Part shown: piece by piece, positions 8,528-16,760 of the stretch | Numbering within the stretch: position 1 is the stretch's first letter | Layout of the letters: each line of letters starts with the position of its first letter | DNA from: Clostridia bacterium | Lineage (GTDB): Bacteria; Bacillota; Clostridia; Oscillospirales; CAG-272 | Length of the DNA: 38,013 nucleotides | Reading direction: 5' to 3' | Assembly (NCBI GenBank): GCA_017532045.1 | Contig: JAFXJW010000026.1 | Location: 1 to 38,013 of the forward strand | Made by a program: the position numbers and the translations under genes | The notes under the pieces: generated by a model | What the model was told of the DNA's origin: nothing | The model's database searches: none | What the model saw: only the letters and a program-made list of their open reading frames with translations

Positions 8528-8915
8528 GTAGCTTCGTCGGACGGCCGCGCGGGATGTTGCCGAAAGGTATTCCCGTGAGGAAAGTCCGGGCATCATAGGG
8601 CAGGATAACTGATAACGTCAGCCGCGGGTAACCGCCGGAAAAGGGCAACAGAAATAGACCGCCGTCCTTTGGGACGGTAAGGATGGAAAGGCGAGGTAAG
8701 AGCTCACCCACTTCCACGGTAACGTGGATTTGCTGTAAACTCTATCCGATGCAACACCGTGTAAGGCCGTAAGGCGGGTCGGCCCGACCCAATCCACTTA
8801 CTGGGTGGCGCACAGCTTATGGCTGTGAAGCGTTTCGGTGACGGAACGCGCAGATAGATGGTCGTCATCTGTCCCTCGGGACAGTCAACAGAACCCGGCT
8901 TACAGACGGAGCTAC
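8528..8915 (+). ncRNA. rnpB: RNase P RNA (bacterial type A)
   Basis: GAGGAAAGTCCGGGC, GCAACAGAAATAGACCGCC, GGTAAGAGC, AGATAGATG and ACAGAACCCGGCTTA universal motifs; P1 formed by gtagcttcgtc and gacggagctac. Confidence 0.97.
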
Positions 8916-8940
8916 GAAGGAAGAAGTGTTACAACATATA

Positions 8941-8990
8941 GAGATACGAGATACGGAAGGCTTTTGCCCATTCGTATCTCGTATCTTTTT
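8941..8990. terminator. Terminator after rnpB
   Basis: agatacgagatacgga...ttcgtatctcgtatct followed by a T tract. Confidence 0.85.
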
Positions 8991-8995
8991 GGGGG

Positions 8996-9304
8996 TTACT
9001 TCATCTGATCCACCAGCCTGGACACAAGCGCAAGCTGCTCGGGGTTGAGGCGCTTGAGCTTGGCCGTGATCTCGGACAGGCGGTCGGGGGCGCGGGACTC
9101 CAGGTCGAAGAACTCCTGCGGGGATACCTTCAGGTAGTCGCAGATGTAGAAGAAGACCGACATGGAGGGGAGATTGTGTCCGTTCTCAATATTGCTGATA
9201 TAGCTTTCGCTTTGTCCCAATGATAAACTCATGTCACGGGCAGATACGTCGGCCTGAGTGCGAAGTTCTGCCAGTCTTTTGTGAAACTGTTGGTTGATAA
9301 ACAA
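8996..9304 (-). CDS. XRE-family helix-turn-helix regulator
   Basis: AAGGAGGTG RBS, TTG start; RLAELR..VSARDMSLSLGQSESYISNIENG..PSM. Confidence 0.9.
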   Translation of the reverse strand: MFINQQFHKRLAELRTQADVSARDMSLSLGQSESYISNIENGHNLPSMSVFFYICDYLKVSPQEFFDLESRAPDRLSEITAKLKRLNPEQLALVSRLVDQMK

Positions 9305-9456
9305 AATATCACCTCCTTGTACATTATTGTACTATTGAGAAGGTGATAAATATAAAGTTATAATATATACTTCGGAATCTAATATACAACAAATATGGAT
9401 TTTGCAGAATATCTATTTTTAAATTGTCTTTGCGGGGGAGGGACGCCCCCCACAAC

Positions 9457-9492
9457 AAAAAGACCGCCCGATCCTGTCGGGACGGTCTTTTT
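9457..9492. terminator. Bidirectional terminator
   Basis: aaaaagaccg-cccga...tcggg-a-cggtcttttt. Confidence 0.75.
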
Positions 9493-9497
9493 GTTCG

Positions 9498-9671
9498 GCG
9501 ATATGTTTGCTTTGCAAACGCGATATACTCGCTTCGCTCGTGCGATATATTGTCGCTTCGCTCCAATGCGATATGATATAAATCCCCACGCCCCGCAGGG
9601 CATATCGCTTGCCGTAGGCAAATATCGCTCCCAAAGGGAATATCGCAAATCCCGCAAGGGATTTATATCGC
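9498..9671. repeat. REP/MITE-like nested palindromic element (GCGATAT x4 then ATATCGC x4)
   Basis: Four GCGATAT heptamers followed by four reverse-complement ATATCGC heptamers separated by short hairpins (ttgc-cgtag-gcaa, tccc-aaa-ggga, aaatccc-gcaa-gggattt). Confidence 0.75.
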
Positions 9672-9701
9672 TGCGTGTTCTCCGTTCAGGAGAACACGCA
9701 T

Positions 9702-10229
9702 TTACAGATTATCCTCACCCTTCCGCAGCTCGGCACGGTCAATGATGCGCTGCTGAGCCCCCAGATATTTCGCCACCGTCAGCGTGGCCACGTAGAGAGC
9801 GGCGTAGGCGGCAAAGATCACCAGAAATCCCCAGTAGGGCGTATCGTTGACGAGGGATTCGTAGGTCACGCCCCAGCCGTTGAAGATCAGGCCGGCGGTG
9901 AAGCGCACGCTCCCCGACACAAAGCCCTGAAAGTGAAAGAGCATGGAGAAGAGCAGGTGAATGACAGAGGCCACAGCGCCGGCGGCGATGGTGCCACCCA
10001 CGTGGCAGTACCCCTCACGGTACCCCTCCATCCGCCCTACTACGGCCAGAATGGCCGCCACACCTGCGGTGTAAACGATGATGCGAATGACCGTCAGCAC
10101 AGGGTAGGGAAGGAGCACGAATTTGTCCACCATCCTCACCAGCAGGGCTTCGACGATCATGGCGAGGATGCAGGATCCAAAGACGTACAGAAAGTAGAAA
10201 AGACCGTTGATGGCGATATTCTTTTTCAT
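9702..10229 (-). CDS. Hypothetical membrane protein (about 4 TM)
   Basis: Coupled to the upstream gene stop; hydrophobic segments; host-like codon usage; alternative TTG start at 10235. Confidence 0.8.
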   Translation of the reverse strand: MKKNIAINGLFYFLYVFGSCILAMIVEALLVRMVDKFVLLPYPVLTVIRIIVYTAGVAAILAVVGRMEGYREGYCHVGGTIAAGAVASVIHLLFSMLFHFQGFVSGSVRFTAGLIFNGWGVTYESLVNDTPYWGFLVIFAAYAALYVATLTVAKYLGAQQRIIDRAELRKGEDNL

Positions 10230-10231
10230 GA

Positions 10232-10816
10232 TCAATAGGAGCTCATGAGGTGAGCCAGCATCTCGTCGGAGCTCTTCTTGATGAGGGCGGCGTAGTAGGC
10301 GGTGACGATGATCTCCAGAGCGGTGGACAGTCGGTCACGGGCGCCGGGAGCGGCCTCCTCGTAATCGGCGATCTGGCGGTTGATCACATCCTTGATGGTT
10401 GCCTTGGAGGCTACGTCCTCACGGGTCAGCGCCTCTAAAATGCGGCAGATGTAGTCGTAGAGGACAGAGTCGCGGATGATGTCGTCGCTGGTATCGTCGA
10501 TCTTTCCGTTGATGTACTGGAGCAGGAAGGCGATATGATCAAGCTGAATGCAGGAGCGGAGCATATTGATGATGAGGATGTGAGCCACCTGATCAATGTT
10601 GTACTTCTTGAGGCGGGCGTTGGCAACCCAGCCGCGCTTGGTCCAGTTCTGCAGGGTAGAGCCGTCAATGCCCGATACCTCGCGGATCTGGGAGAGCATC
10701 ACGCCTTCGCTGATATAGAAAACCTTGGAAAGGAACTCTAGTCCCGTTACGTTGCCCATGTCGCGCTTCTTCAGCCTCGTACCGGGAATCATAGCGTCAT
10801 TAATTTCGAGATTCAT
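10232..10816 (-). CDS. DUF1836-domain protein (MerR-like HTH)
   Basis: GGAGG RBS; IDGSTLQNWTKRGWV...KKYNIDQVAHILIINMLR..IQLDHI signature. Confidence 0.8.
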   Translation of the reverse strand: MNLEINDAMIPGTRLKKRDMGNVTGLEFLSKVFYISEGVMLSQIREVSGIDGSTLQNWTKRGWVANARLKKYNIDQVAHILIINMLRSCIQLDHIAFLLQYINGKIDDTSDDIIRDSVLYDYICRILEALTREDVASKATIKDVINRQIADYEEAAPGARDRLSTALEIIVTAYYAALIKKSSDEMLAHLMSSY

Positions 10817-10904
10817 AGGTTACCTCCGTATGGTAATGATGAGTATATGCGGGCATACCATTGCCCGTTGTGAGTCCGATTGGACTTGATGCGATTGTGT
10901 CTTT

Positions 10905-10933
10905 ATTATATCACACGGTCTCCCGATTGTCAA
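10905..10933 (-). promoter_or_regulatory. sigma-A-type promoter of the DUF1836 operon
   Basis: minus strand TTGACA-17bp-TATAAT, perfect consensus. Confidence 0.85.
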
Positions 10934-11015
10934 GAGAAGGGTAAAATTTTTGCGAATGGTTTACAAAATATTTCATATCGTATGAATACAGAAAAGGGAA
11001 GCAGGAGGAAGGATC

Positions 11016-11636
11016 ATGGGAATGGCGCGCATACGCATTCGCCCGATGGCGGCGATCTTGGGGGTAGGAGTGGCTCTGATGGCTCTGTGGGGCTCTCTGA
11101 CAGGGCGGGAGGAGTGGGGGGCGCTACGGGTGGGGGAGCTTCTTTCCGTGGCTCTGGCGGCCCTTTTGCACGAAATTGGACATGGGGTGGCGGCTTGGGG
11201 GTGGAGCGTCCCCATCCGCACCCTGCGGCTGGATCTATTTGGGGCGCGGATGGAGCTGGGAGGGCTCACAGGCTACGCCGCAGAGCTGGCCGTGGCGGCG
11301 GGAGGGCCGCTGGTCAGTCTGCTGGTGGCGGCACTGGTATGGCCTGTGGGGATATTCTGGGAGGGAGCGGAGTTCTTTTCCCTCGTATCTCTGGGGCTGG
11401 GACTGCTCAACCTTCTCCCCGTGCGGGGGCTGGACGGCGGTCGGATGCTGGCCTGCGCCCTGTCTCTGACGGCGGGGGAGCGAGTCTCGGAGACCGTCCT
11501 GCGGCTGACCACGGGACTTTTCCTCGGAGGGCTTTGGCTTCTTTCGGTGTACGCCCTTTTGCGGGTGGGGGAGACCTTGACTCTGTTCACCTTCACCCTC
11601 TGCCTCCTTTTCCGACTGCTGGAGCCGCAAAAATAA
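11016..11636 (+). CDS. Site-2 protease, peptidase M50 (SpoIVFB-like)
   Basis: AGGAGG RBS; LLHEIGH zinc motif, LFGA, ELAVAAGGP, NLLPVRGLDGGR. Confidence 0.88.
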   Translation: MGMARIRIRPMAAILGVGVALMALWGSLTGREEWGALRVGELLSVALAALLHEIGHGVAAWGWSVPIRTLRLDLFGARMELGGLTGYAAELAVAAGGPLVSLLVAALVWPVGIFWEGAEFFSLVSLGLGLLNLLPVRGLDGGRMLACALSLTAGERVSETVLRLTTGLFLGGLWLLSVYALLRVGETLTLFTFTLCLLFRLLEPQK

Positions 11637-11659
11637 ATGGGAAAATTTTTGTTTCACCC

Positions 11660-11688
11660 TTGAAAAAAAGGCAGAAATGTGTTACAAT
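11660..11688 (+). promoter_or_regulatory. sigma-A-type promoter
   Basis: TTGAAA-17bp-TACAAT with extended -10 TG. Confidence 0.65.
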
Positions 11689-11735
11689 AAATAGAAAGGC
11701 AAAATGCCGTACTTAATAGGAAAGGATAATCCGCC

Positions 11736-12824
11736 ATGAATGGAAATATCTTGAATCTTCACTACGATTGCAGCCCCGGACAGGTTCTGCGCGATCCCGA
11801 ATTCTTCACCAAAAAGGTTCCCTATATGAAGGCCGCCGGTGTCAAGACCATGTGGCTCTGCGACCTCGTCTACGGCAGATGGTACGGCACCGCCGAGGAT
11901 ATTAGCCGAGCCAAGAAAATGCTGGAGGAAGAAGGCTTTGACGTGCAGGTTATTACCGTGCCTCTGGGTCACGGCTCTAACGCCCTGAACGGAAATGAGC
12001 CCGATCCCTCTCTGCCTGCGGATTGGAAAAACCGTGTGGACGTCAACGGGAACCGCATGGGCACCACCACCTGCATTGATGATACCGTGATCAAGTGGTA
12101 CCGTGATGCCCTTGAGATCCATAAGGAGCTGGGATTCACCCAGGTCTTCCACGACGACGACCTCCGTCTGGGTATGTTTGGCCCCGATCTGCAGGGCTGC
12201 TTCTGTGACCGCTGCATGAACCGCTTCTATCAGGCCTATCCTCAGTTTGACGGCATGAGCCGTGCCGACATCGTTCGTCTGGGCACCCCCGGCAGCGAGG
12301 TGCGGGATGCATGGGAGACCATTCAGTGCGATTCCATCCGTCGCTTCGTGAGAGAGACCACCCCCGAGGGTATGACTCCCGGCGTTATGGTCATGCACTG
12401 CGGCGACCGTCGCCACGGCATTGACATTGCGGGCATCAGGAAGGATTTCCCCAACGCCCTCTTCCGTGTGGGCGAGAGCCACTTCCACGATGGCGCTGTC
12501 AACCATCCCCTGTACCCCTCTGCTCTGAAGAGAGGCATCAGCAAGCACCTGGCCCTCATCGGTTCGGTGGAGAACGCCTTCTCCGAGACCACCACCTACC
12601 CCGTAGGCGCTCTGTCCCCCGAGAATTTGGTGAAAAAGATGAAGGTCGAGATCGAATGCGGTCTGCGTAATATCTTCTTGATGGGAGGCAATAAATTCTA
12701 TACCGATGACTTCTGGGAGGCTCTGATCGCCGCTCGCTCCGAGCTGGAGGAGCTGGCCGCCTCCACCCCCCTGCCCGTTCTGGACGGAACTCCCATTGAG
12801 GACGATTTCATCTGGCACGGCTGA
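11736..12824 (+). CDS. Hypothetical cytoplasmic protein, probable TIM-barrel glycoside-hydrolase-like fold
   Basis: AAAGGA RBS; MKAAGVKTMWL, FHDDDLRL and GCFCDRC (reminiscent of the CYCxxC zinc motif of GH42-type enzymes); no signal peptide. Confidence 0.7.
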   Translation: MNGNILNLHYDCSPGQVLRDPEFFTKKVPYMKAAGVKTMWLCDLVYGRWYGTAEDISRAKKMLEEEGFDVQVITVPLGHGSNALNGNEPDPSLPADWKNRVDVNGNRMGTTTCIDDTVIKWYRDALEIHKELGFTQVFHDDDLRLGMFGPDLQGCFCDRCMNRFYQAYPQFDGMSRADIVRLGTPGSEVRDAWETIQCDSIRRFVRETTPEGMTPGVMVMHCGDRRHGIDIAGIRKDFPNALFRVGESHFHDGAVNHPLYPSALKRGISKHLALIGSVENAFSETTTYPVGALSPENLVKKMKVEIECGLRNIFLMGGNKFYTDDFWEALIAARSELEELAASTPLPVLDGTPIEDDFIWHG

Positions 12825-12864
12825 TCCCAAGGCTTACCATTATCCAAGCGAAAGGAATATAGAA

Positions 12865-13716
12865 ATGTCTGAGTGTACCCATAACTGCTCTACCTGCTCG
12901 GCGAATTGCTCCTCCCGTCAGAAGAGCCGTGAAGAAATGTTTGAAAAGCCCAACGACCTCTCCTCCGTCAAGCACATCATCGGTGTGTGCAGCGGTAAGG
13001 GCGGCGTGGGTAAGTCCCTCGTTACCTCCATGCTGGCCGTCAATATGCAGAGACGTGGCTACAAGGTGGGTATTCTGGATGCCGACGTGACCGGCCCCTC
13101 CATTCCCAAGGCCTTTGGCCTGAACGCCCCCGTTGAGGGCGACGGTCTGGGCATGATCCCCCCCTCCACCACCACGGGCATCGACATCATGTCGGTCAAC
13201 CTCATGCTGGATGACGTGACCAAGCCCGTGATCTGGCGCGGTCCTGTCATCGCAGGCACCGTCAAGCAGTTCTGGACGGATACCATCTGGAACGAGATCG
13301 ATTATCTCTTCGTAGATTGCCCTCCCGGAACGGGTGACGTCCCCCTGACCGTGTTCCAGTGCCTGCCTCTGGATGGCGTTGTCATCGTCTCCAGCCCCCA
13401 GGATCTGGTTTCCATGATCGTACAGAAGGCCGCCCATATGGCCGATATGATGAAGGTGCCCGTGCTGGGTCTCGTGGAGAACCTGAGCTACGTGGTCTGT
13501 CCCGATTGCGGCAAGGAGATCCGTGTGTTCGGTGACAGCCACATCGAGGAGATCGCCGAGAAGTTCGGCTACGATCTCCTGGGCAAGATCCCCATGGACT
13601 ATAAACTGGCCGCTCTGGTGGACAAGGGCTGGATCGAGATGATGGAGAATACCTATCTCGAGGCCGCCGCCGATACCATTGAGCGTAAGTGCCCTGTCTC
13701 TCAGGACGAGGAGTGA
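12865..13716 (+). CDS. Mrp/NBP35-family Fe-S cluster carrier ATPase
   Basis: N-terminal CTHNCSTCSANC; SGKGGVGKS, DADVTGPS, VIWRGP, DCPPGTGD, ENLSYVVCPDC. Confidence 0.95.
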   Translation: MSECTHNCSTCSANCSSRQKSREEMFEKPNDLSSVKHIIGVCSGKGGVGKSLVTSMLAVNMQRRGYKVGILDADVTGPSIPKAFGLNAPVEGDGLGMIPPSTTTGIDIMSVNLMLDDVTKPVIWRGPVIAGTVKQFWTDTIWNEIDYLFVDCPPGTGDVPLTVFQCLPLDGVVIVSSPQDLVSMIVQKAAHMADMMKVPVLGLVENLSYVVCPDCGKEIRVFGDSHIEEIAEKFGYDLLGKIPMDYKLAALVDKGWIEMMENTYLEAAADTIERKCPVSQDEE

Positions 13717-13750
13717 TATCTCCCCCCGAAAGGAGCGTTATACCGTGAAA

Positions 13751-14530
13751 ATGACCCCCCAAAAGCCCGAAAATGCCTTAGAGCGTAAGCCCAAGGCAGG
13801 ACTGTGCCTTGGAGTCCTTTTCCCCCGCATCTCCCACGCACGGGAGGGTGGTGAGACGGTACGGCGCTCCTTTTTGGCGATCCTTGGACAGTGTGTCCTC
13901 CTTCTGGCTCTTTGTATGGTGCTAATCCTTACCTTGGTTCTGACCGTTTCCCTTACCATGGTCAGGCTGACCGCCCCTGCTATTGTCACGACAGACACCC
14001 TCCCCGACGGAGCGGAGTATGACTGTATCCTCGTCCTCGGCGCAGGGGTACGGGCGGACGGCACCCCCAGCGATATGCTCCGTGACCGTGTCAGCGTGGC
14101 CGTGGAGCTGTATAAGGTTACAGGCGCCCCGCTCCTCATGAGCGGCGACCACACGGGAGACTACAACGAGGTGGGCGTCATGAAGGCGCTGGCGGTGGAG
14201 ATGGGAGTTCCCTCGGAGGACGTCTTTCTTGACCACGAGGGCTACTCCACCTACGAGAGCCTCTACCGTGCGAAAAGGGTATTCGGCGCACGGAGCATCC
14301 TCGTCGTCACCCAGGAATACCACCTCCACCGCGCCCTGTACATATCCCGTGAGCTGGGCATGAAGGCGGAGGGTGTCTCCGCCGATCTTCGTCCCTACCG
14401 TAAGCAGACCCAATACGCCCTCCGTGAGCATCTGGCTCGCTTTAAGGATCTCTTCACCGCCGCCAAAGGGAACTACGAGGGGCATCTCGACCCGCCCGTG
14501 GATCTGGACGGGGACGGGGATCTGACGTAA
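13751..14530 (+). CDS. SanA/YdcF (DUF218, ElyC-like) protein
   Basis: N-terminal TM anchor; LVLGAGV, LRDR, LMSGDH, YNEV, DHEGYSTYES, VTQEYHLHRALY, RE motifs; exact start uncertain (GTG 13745 possible). Confidence 0.88.
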   Translation: MTPQKPENALERKPKAGLCLGVLFPRISHAREGGETVRRSFLAILGQCVLLLALCMVLILTLVLTVSLTMVRLTAPAIVTTDTLPDGAEYDCILVLGAGVRADGTPSDMLRDRVSVAVELYKVTGAPLLMSGDHTGDYNEVGVMKALAVEMGVPSEDVFLDHEGYSTYESLYRAKRVFGARSILVVTQEYHLHRALYISRELGMKAEGVSADLRPYRKQTQYALREHLARFKDLFTAAKGNYEGHLDPPVDLDGDGDLT

Positions 14531-14571
14531 GAGTTCTTACATTTAGCAAAAAAACATGAAGAGGAAAGCCT

Positions 14572-15279
14572 ATGTTCGACTTCAAAAATAAGATTGCCGT
14601 GGTTACAGGCGGAGCGCGGGGCATCGGCAAGTGCATCCGTGAGCAGTTTGAGGCCGCCGGCGCAACCGTGTGTGTCATTGATCTATTGGAGAACGACTTT
14701 TTCGTGGGCGACATTTCCGATAAGGCCACGCTGGAGGCCTTTGCGCAGAAGGTGATCGCCACCCATGGGCGGGTGGACTATATCATCAACAACGCCGCCC
14801 CCACGGCCTGCGGGCTGGAGAAGGGAAGCTACGAGGACTTTGAGTACGCCCTGAAGGTGGGTGTCACCGCCCCCTTCTACCTGACCAAGCTCCTCATGCC
14901 CTACTTGAGCGAGGGAGCGTCCGTCGTTAATATCTCCTCCTCCCGTGACCGCATGAGTCAGCCCCAGACCGAGAGCTACACCGCCGCCAAGGGAGGCATA
15001 TCCGCCCTTACCCACGCCATGGCCGCCAGCTTGGCAGGATGGGCACGGGTCAATTCGGTCTCCCCGGGCTGGATCGACACCAACTATACCGTCTACGAGG
15101 GCCCCGACGCCACCCAGCACCCCGCAGGACGGGTGGGAAATCCCCCCGATATCGCCAGTACGGTGCTGTTTCTCTGCTCGGATATGGCGGGATTCATCAC
15201 GGGTGAGAACATCTGCGTGGACGGCGGCATGACGAGACTCATGATCTACCACGGCGACCACGGCTGGTCGCTGAAGTAG
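14572..15279 (+). CDS. SDR-family oxidoreductase
   Basis: TGGARGIG, INNA, YTAAK, VNSVSPGWI, FITGENICVDGG. Confidence 0.95.
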   Translation: MFDFKNKIAVVTGGARGIGKCIREQFEAAGATVCVIDLLENDFFVGDISDKATLEAFAQKVIATHGRVDYIINNAAPTACGLEKGSYEDFEYALKVGVTAPFYLTKLLMPYLSEGASVVNISSSRDRMSQPQTESYTAAKGGISALTHAMAASLAGWARVNSVSPGWIDTNYTVYEGPDATQHPAGRVGNPPDIASTVLFLCSDMAGFITGENICVDGGMTRLMIYHGDHGWSLK

Positions 15280-15287
15280 GGCTTAAT

Positions 15288-15443
15288 GCAGGGGTTTCAC
15301 CCCTGCACCCCACCAGAAACCCTTTTATAAAAGGGTTTCTGGACTTCCCAAAACTTTCAAAGCATTTATTTGTTAAAGGTTCTTGGGATTCTTAAACCCT
15401 TTTTTCAAAAAGGGTTTGGTGGGGGTTTGGGGGCAAAGCCCCC
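15288..15443. repeat. Clostridial REP-like inverted element pair
   Basis: gcagggg-tttca-cccctgc plus aaaccctttt-at-aaaagggttt on the left, mirrored by aaaccctttttt-c-aaaaagggttt plus ggggc-aaa-gcccc on the right. Confidence 0.7.
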
Positions 15444-15465
15444 TATAAAATACAAGGAGGCAACT

Positions 15466-15993
15466 ATGAACACCCAAGAAGCCATTGCAAAGAGAAAATC
15501 CACCCGCTCCTACACCTCCGCCCCCGTTCCCGAGGAGGCGCTGACGGCCATCCTGCAGGCAGGCTTTGCCGCCCCCGTGGCCATGGCCAGATACGACTCC
15601 CTCCACATCACGGTTCTGCAGAACGAGGATACCATCAAGCGCATCAACGATGCGACCTCCGAGATGTTCTCGAGGCGCATGGGCGTGAAGAGAAACATGG
15701 ATTTCGGCGCCCGTACCCTGCTCTTCGTGTCCACCACCACCGAGGGACTCCTTCCAGAAATGGCCTACGCCAACGTAGGCATCGTGGTGGAGAACATGGT
15801 CATTTCCGCCACCGATCTGGGCATTGATACCGTCATTCTGGGCGGCGCTCCCAGAATCATCGTCGAGGACGAGACCCTCATGGAGGAGCTGGGCATCCCC
15901 GCAGGCATGAAGCCCGTGCTGGGCATCTGTCTGGGCTACGCCACCACCGAGGAGCCCCCCAAGACCCACAGCATCACGGTCAATCGGGTGTGA
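15466..15993 (+). CDS. Nitroreductase-family protein
   Basis: AAGGAGG RBS before ATG 15466; AIAKRKSTRSY, AGFAAP, ENMVISATDLGI, LGY motifs. Confidence 0.92.
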   Translation: MNTQEAIAKRKSTRSYTSAPVPEEALTAILQAGFAAPVAMARYDSLHITVLQNEDTIKRINDATSEMFSRRMGVKRNMDFGARTLLFVSTTTEGLLPEMAYANVGIVVENMVISATDLGIDTVILGGAPRIIVEDETLMEELGIPAGMKPVLGICLGYATTEEPPKTHSITVNRV

Positions 15994-16031
15994 GAGCTGA
16001 GGTCGACTCTGCCCTCCCGAAGACCAAAGAG

Positions 16032-16065
16032 AAAAGCCGATGGGAAGCCCCCATCGGCTCTTTTT
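16032..16065. terminator. Bidirectional terminator between convergent genes
   Basis: agccgatggg-aagc-cccatcggct flanked by A and T tracts. Confidence 0.8.
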
Positions 16066-16588
16066 ATATCCCATACGTCCCCGTCAAGGGGTCGCGTAAC
16101 ACCCCGATCTCAGGGGTAAGGAAGGTGAACACCACAAAGAGCAGGGCGATCCCCCAGAGGACTCCCACGGCAAGCTTGGGACGCTTACAGACCACCGTCC
16201 CCCGCTCAAAGAGCCGTGTTTCATAGAGGTAGACCACCGCCGCCGATACAAAGAAAATGGCGATGTTCAACCAGTCGGGAGAAGGGCCCACCACCCCGTT
16301 GTAGGTGTAGAACAGAACGGGAATGAGCGCAAGCCCCAAAAGGATCCCCCGTAGCTTGACACACCAAAAGTCCTTACGGTCACGGAAAAATCTGCTCTGC
16401 ACCGCGGCGTAGAGGAGCATGGGCCAGAATAGGAGCTTCATATGCTCCCAGGTGGATTCGTTCACCCCCGAGAAGGGAGCGACCCACACCGCCCCTCCCA
16501 GCCAGTCGTAGAGGAAGTGAAGGAGCGTGCCGCCCAGAGCGGTCACACCAAAGCCAAAAAGCTGCCAAAGCCGAGTCGAGCGATCCAT
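16064..16588 (-). CDS. Conserved membrane protein (DUF6512-like)
   Basis: AGAGGT RBS; GTLLHFLYDW..FSGVNESTWEHMKLLFWP, FYTYNG, C-terminal DP..GTYGI. Confidence 0.78.
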   Translation of the reverse strand: MDRSTRLWQLFGFGVTALGGTLLHFLYDWLGGAVWVAPFSGVNESTWEHMKLLFWPMLLYAAVQSRFFRDRKDFWCVKLRGILLGLALIPVLFYTYNGVVGPSPDWLNIAIFFVSAAVVYLYETRLFERGTVVCKRPKLAVGVLWGIALLFVVFTFLTPEIGVLRDPLTGTYGI

Positions 16589-16608
16589 AAAGCACCTCTT
16601 TTTTTTTC

Positions 16609-16637
16609 AGTATATGTGTATGTCCCCGCCCCTATGC
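16609..16637 (-). promoter_or_regulatory. Putative sigma-E-type sporulation promoter
   Basis: minus strand GCATA-16bp-CATATACT about 20 nt upstream of the start codon. Confidence 0.45.
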
Positions 16638-16657
16638 GTCAGCCCATAGACAAAGAA

Positions 16658-16738
16658 CAAGGCTCCCACAAAAGTGGGAGCCTTGCCTGATTCGGTTCGG
16701 GTACCCCCCGAGGCTACCGCTTGCGGTAGCCTCGGGGG
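16658..16738. terminator. Two tandem hairpins at the end of the Ig-protein operon
   Basis: caaggctcccac-aaaa-gtgggagccttg and cccccgaggctaccgc-tt-gcggtagcctcggggg. Confidence 0.75.
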
Positions 16739-16760
16739 AAGTTTATAGAACTACGAAAGA

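Noticed and set aside
8213-8717. ORFs overlapping rnpB and its promoter
   Set aside because: Region is explained by RNase P RNA and the 5' end of the ROK-like gene
9498-9671. CRISPR array or small ORFs (9324-9745) over the GCGATAT element
   Set aside because: Repeat unit is 7 bp and switches orientation midway; overlapping ORFs lack RBSs and coding bias
15370-15465. N-terminal extension of the nitroreductase in the ORF track
   Set aside because: Translates the REP-like element; the true start has AAGGAGG before ATG 15466
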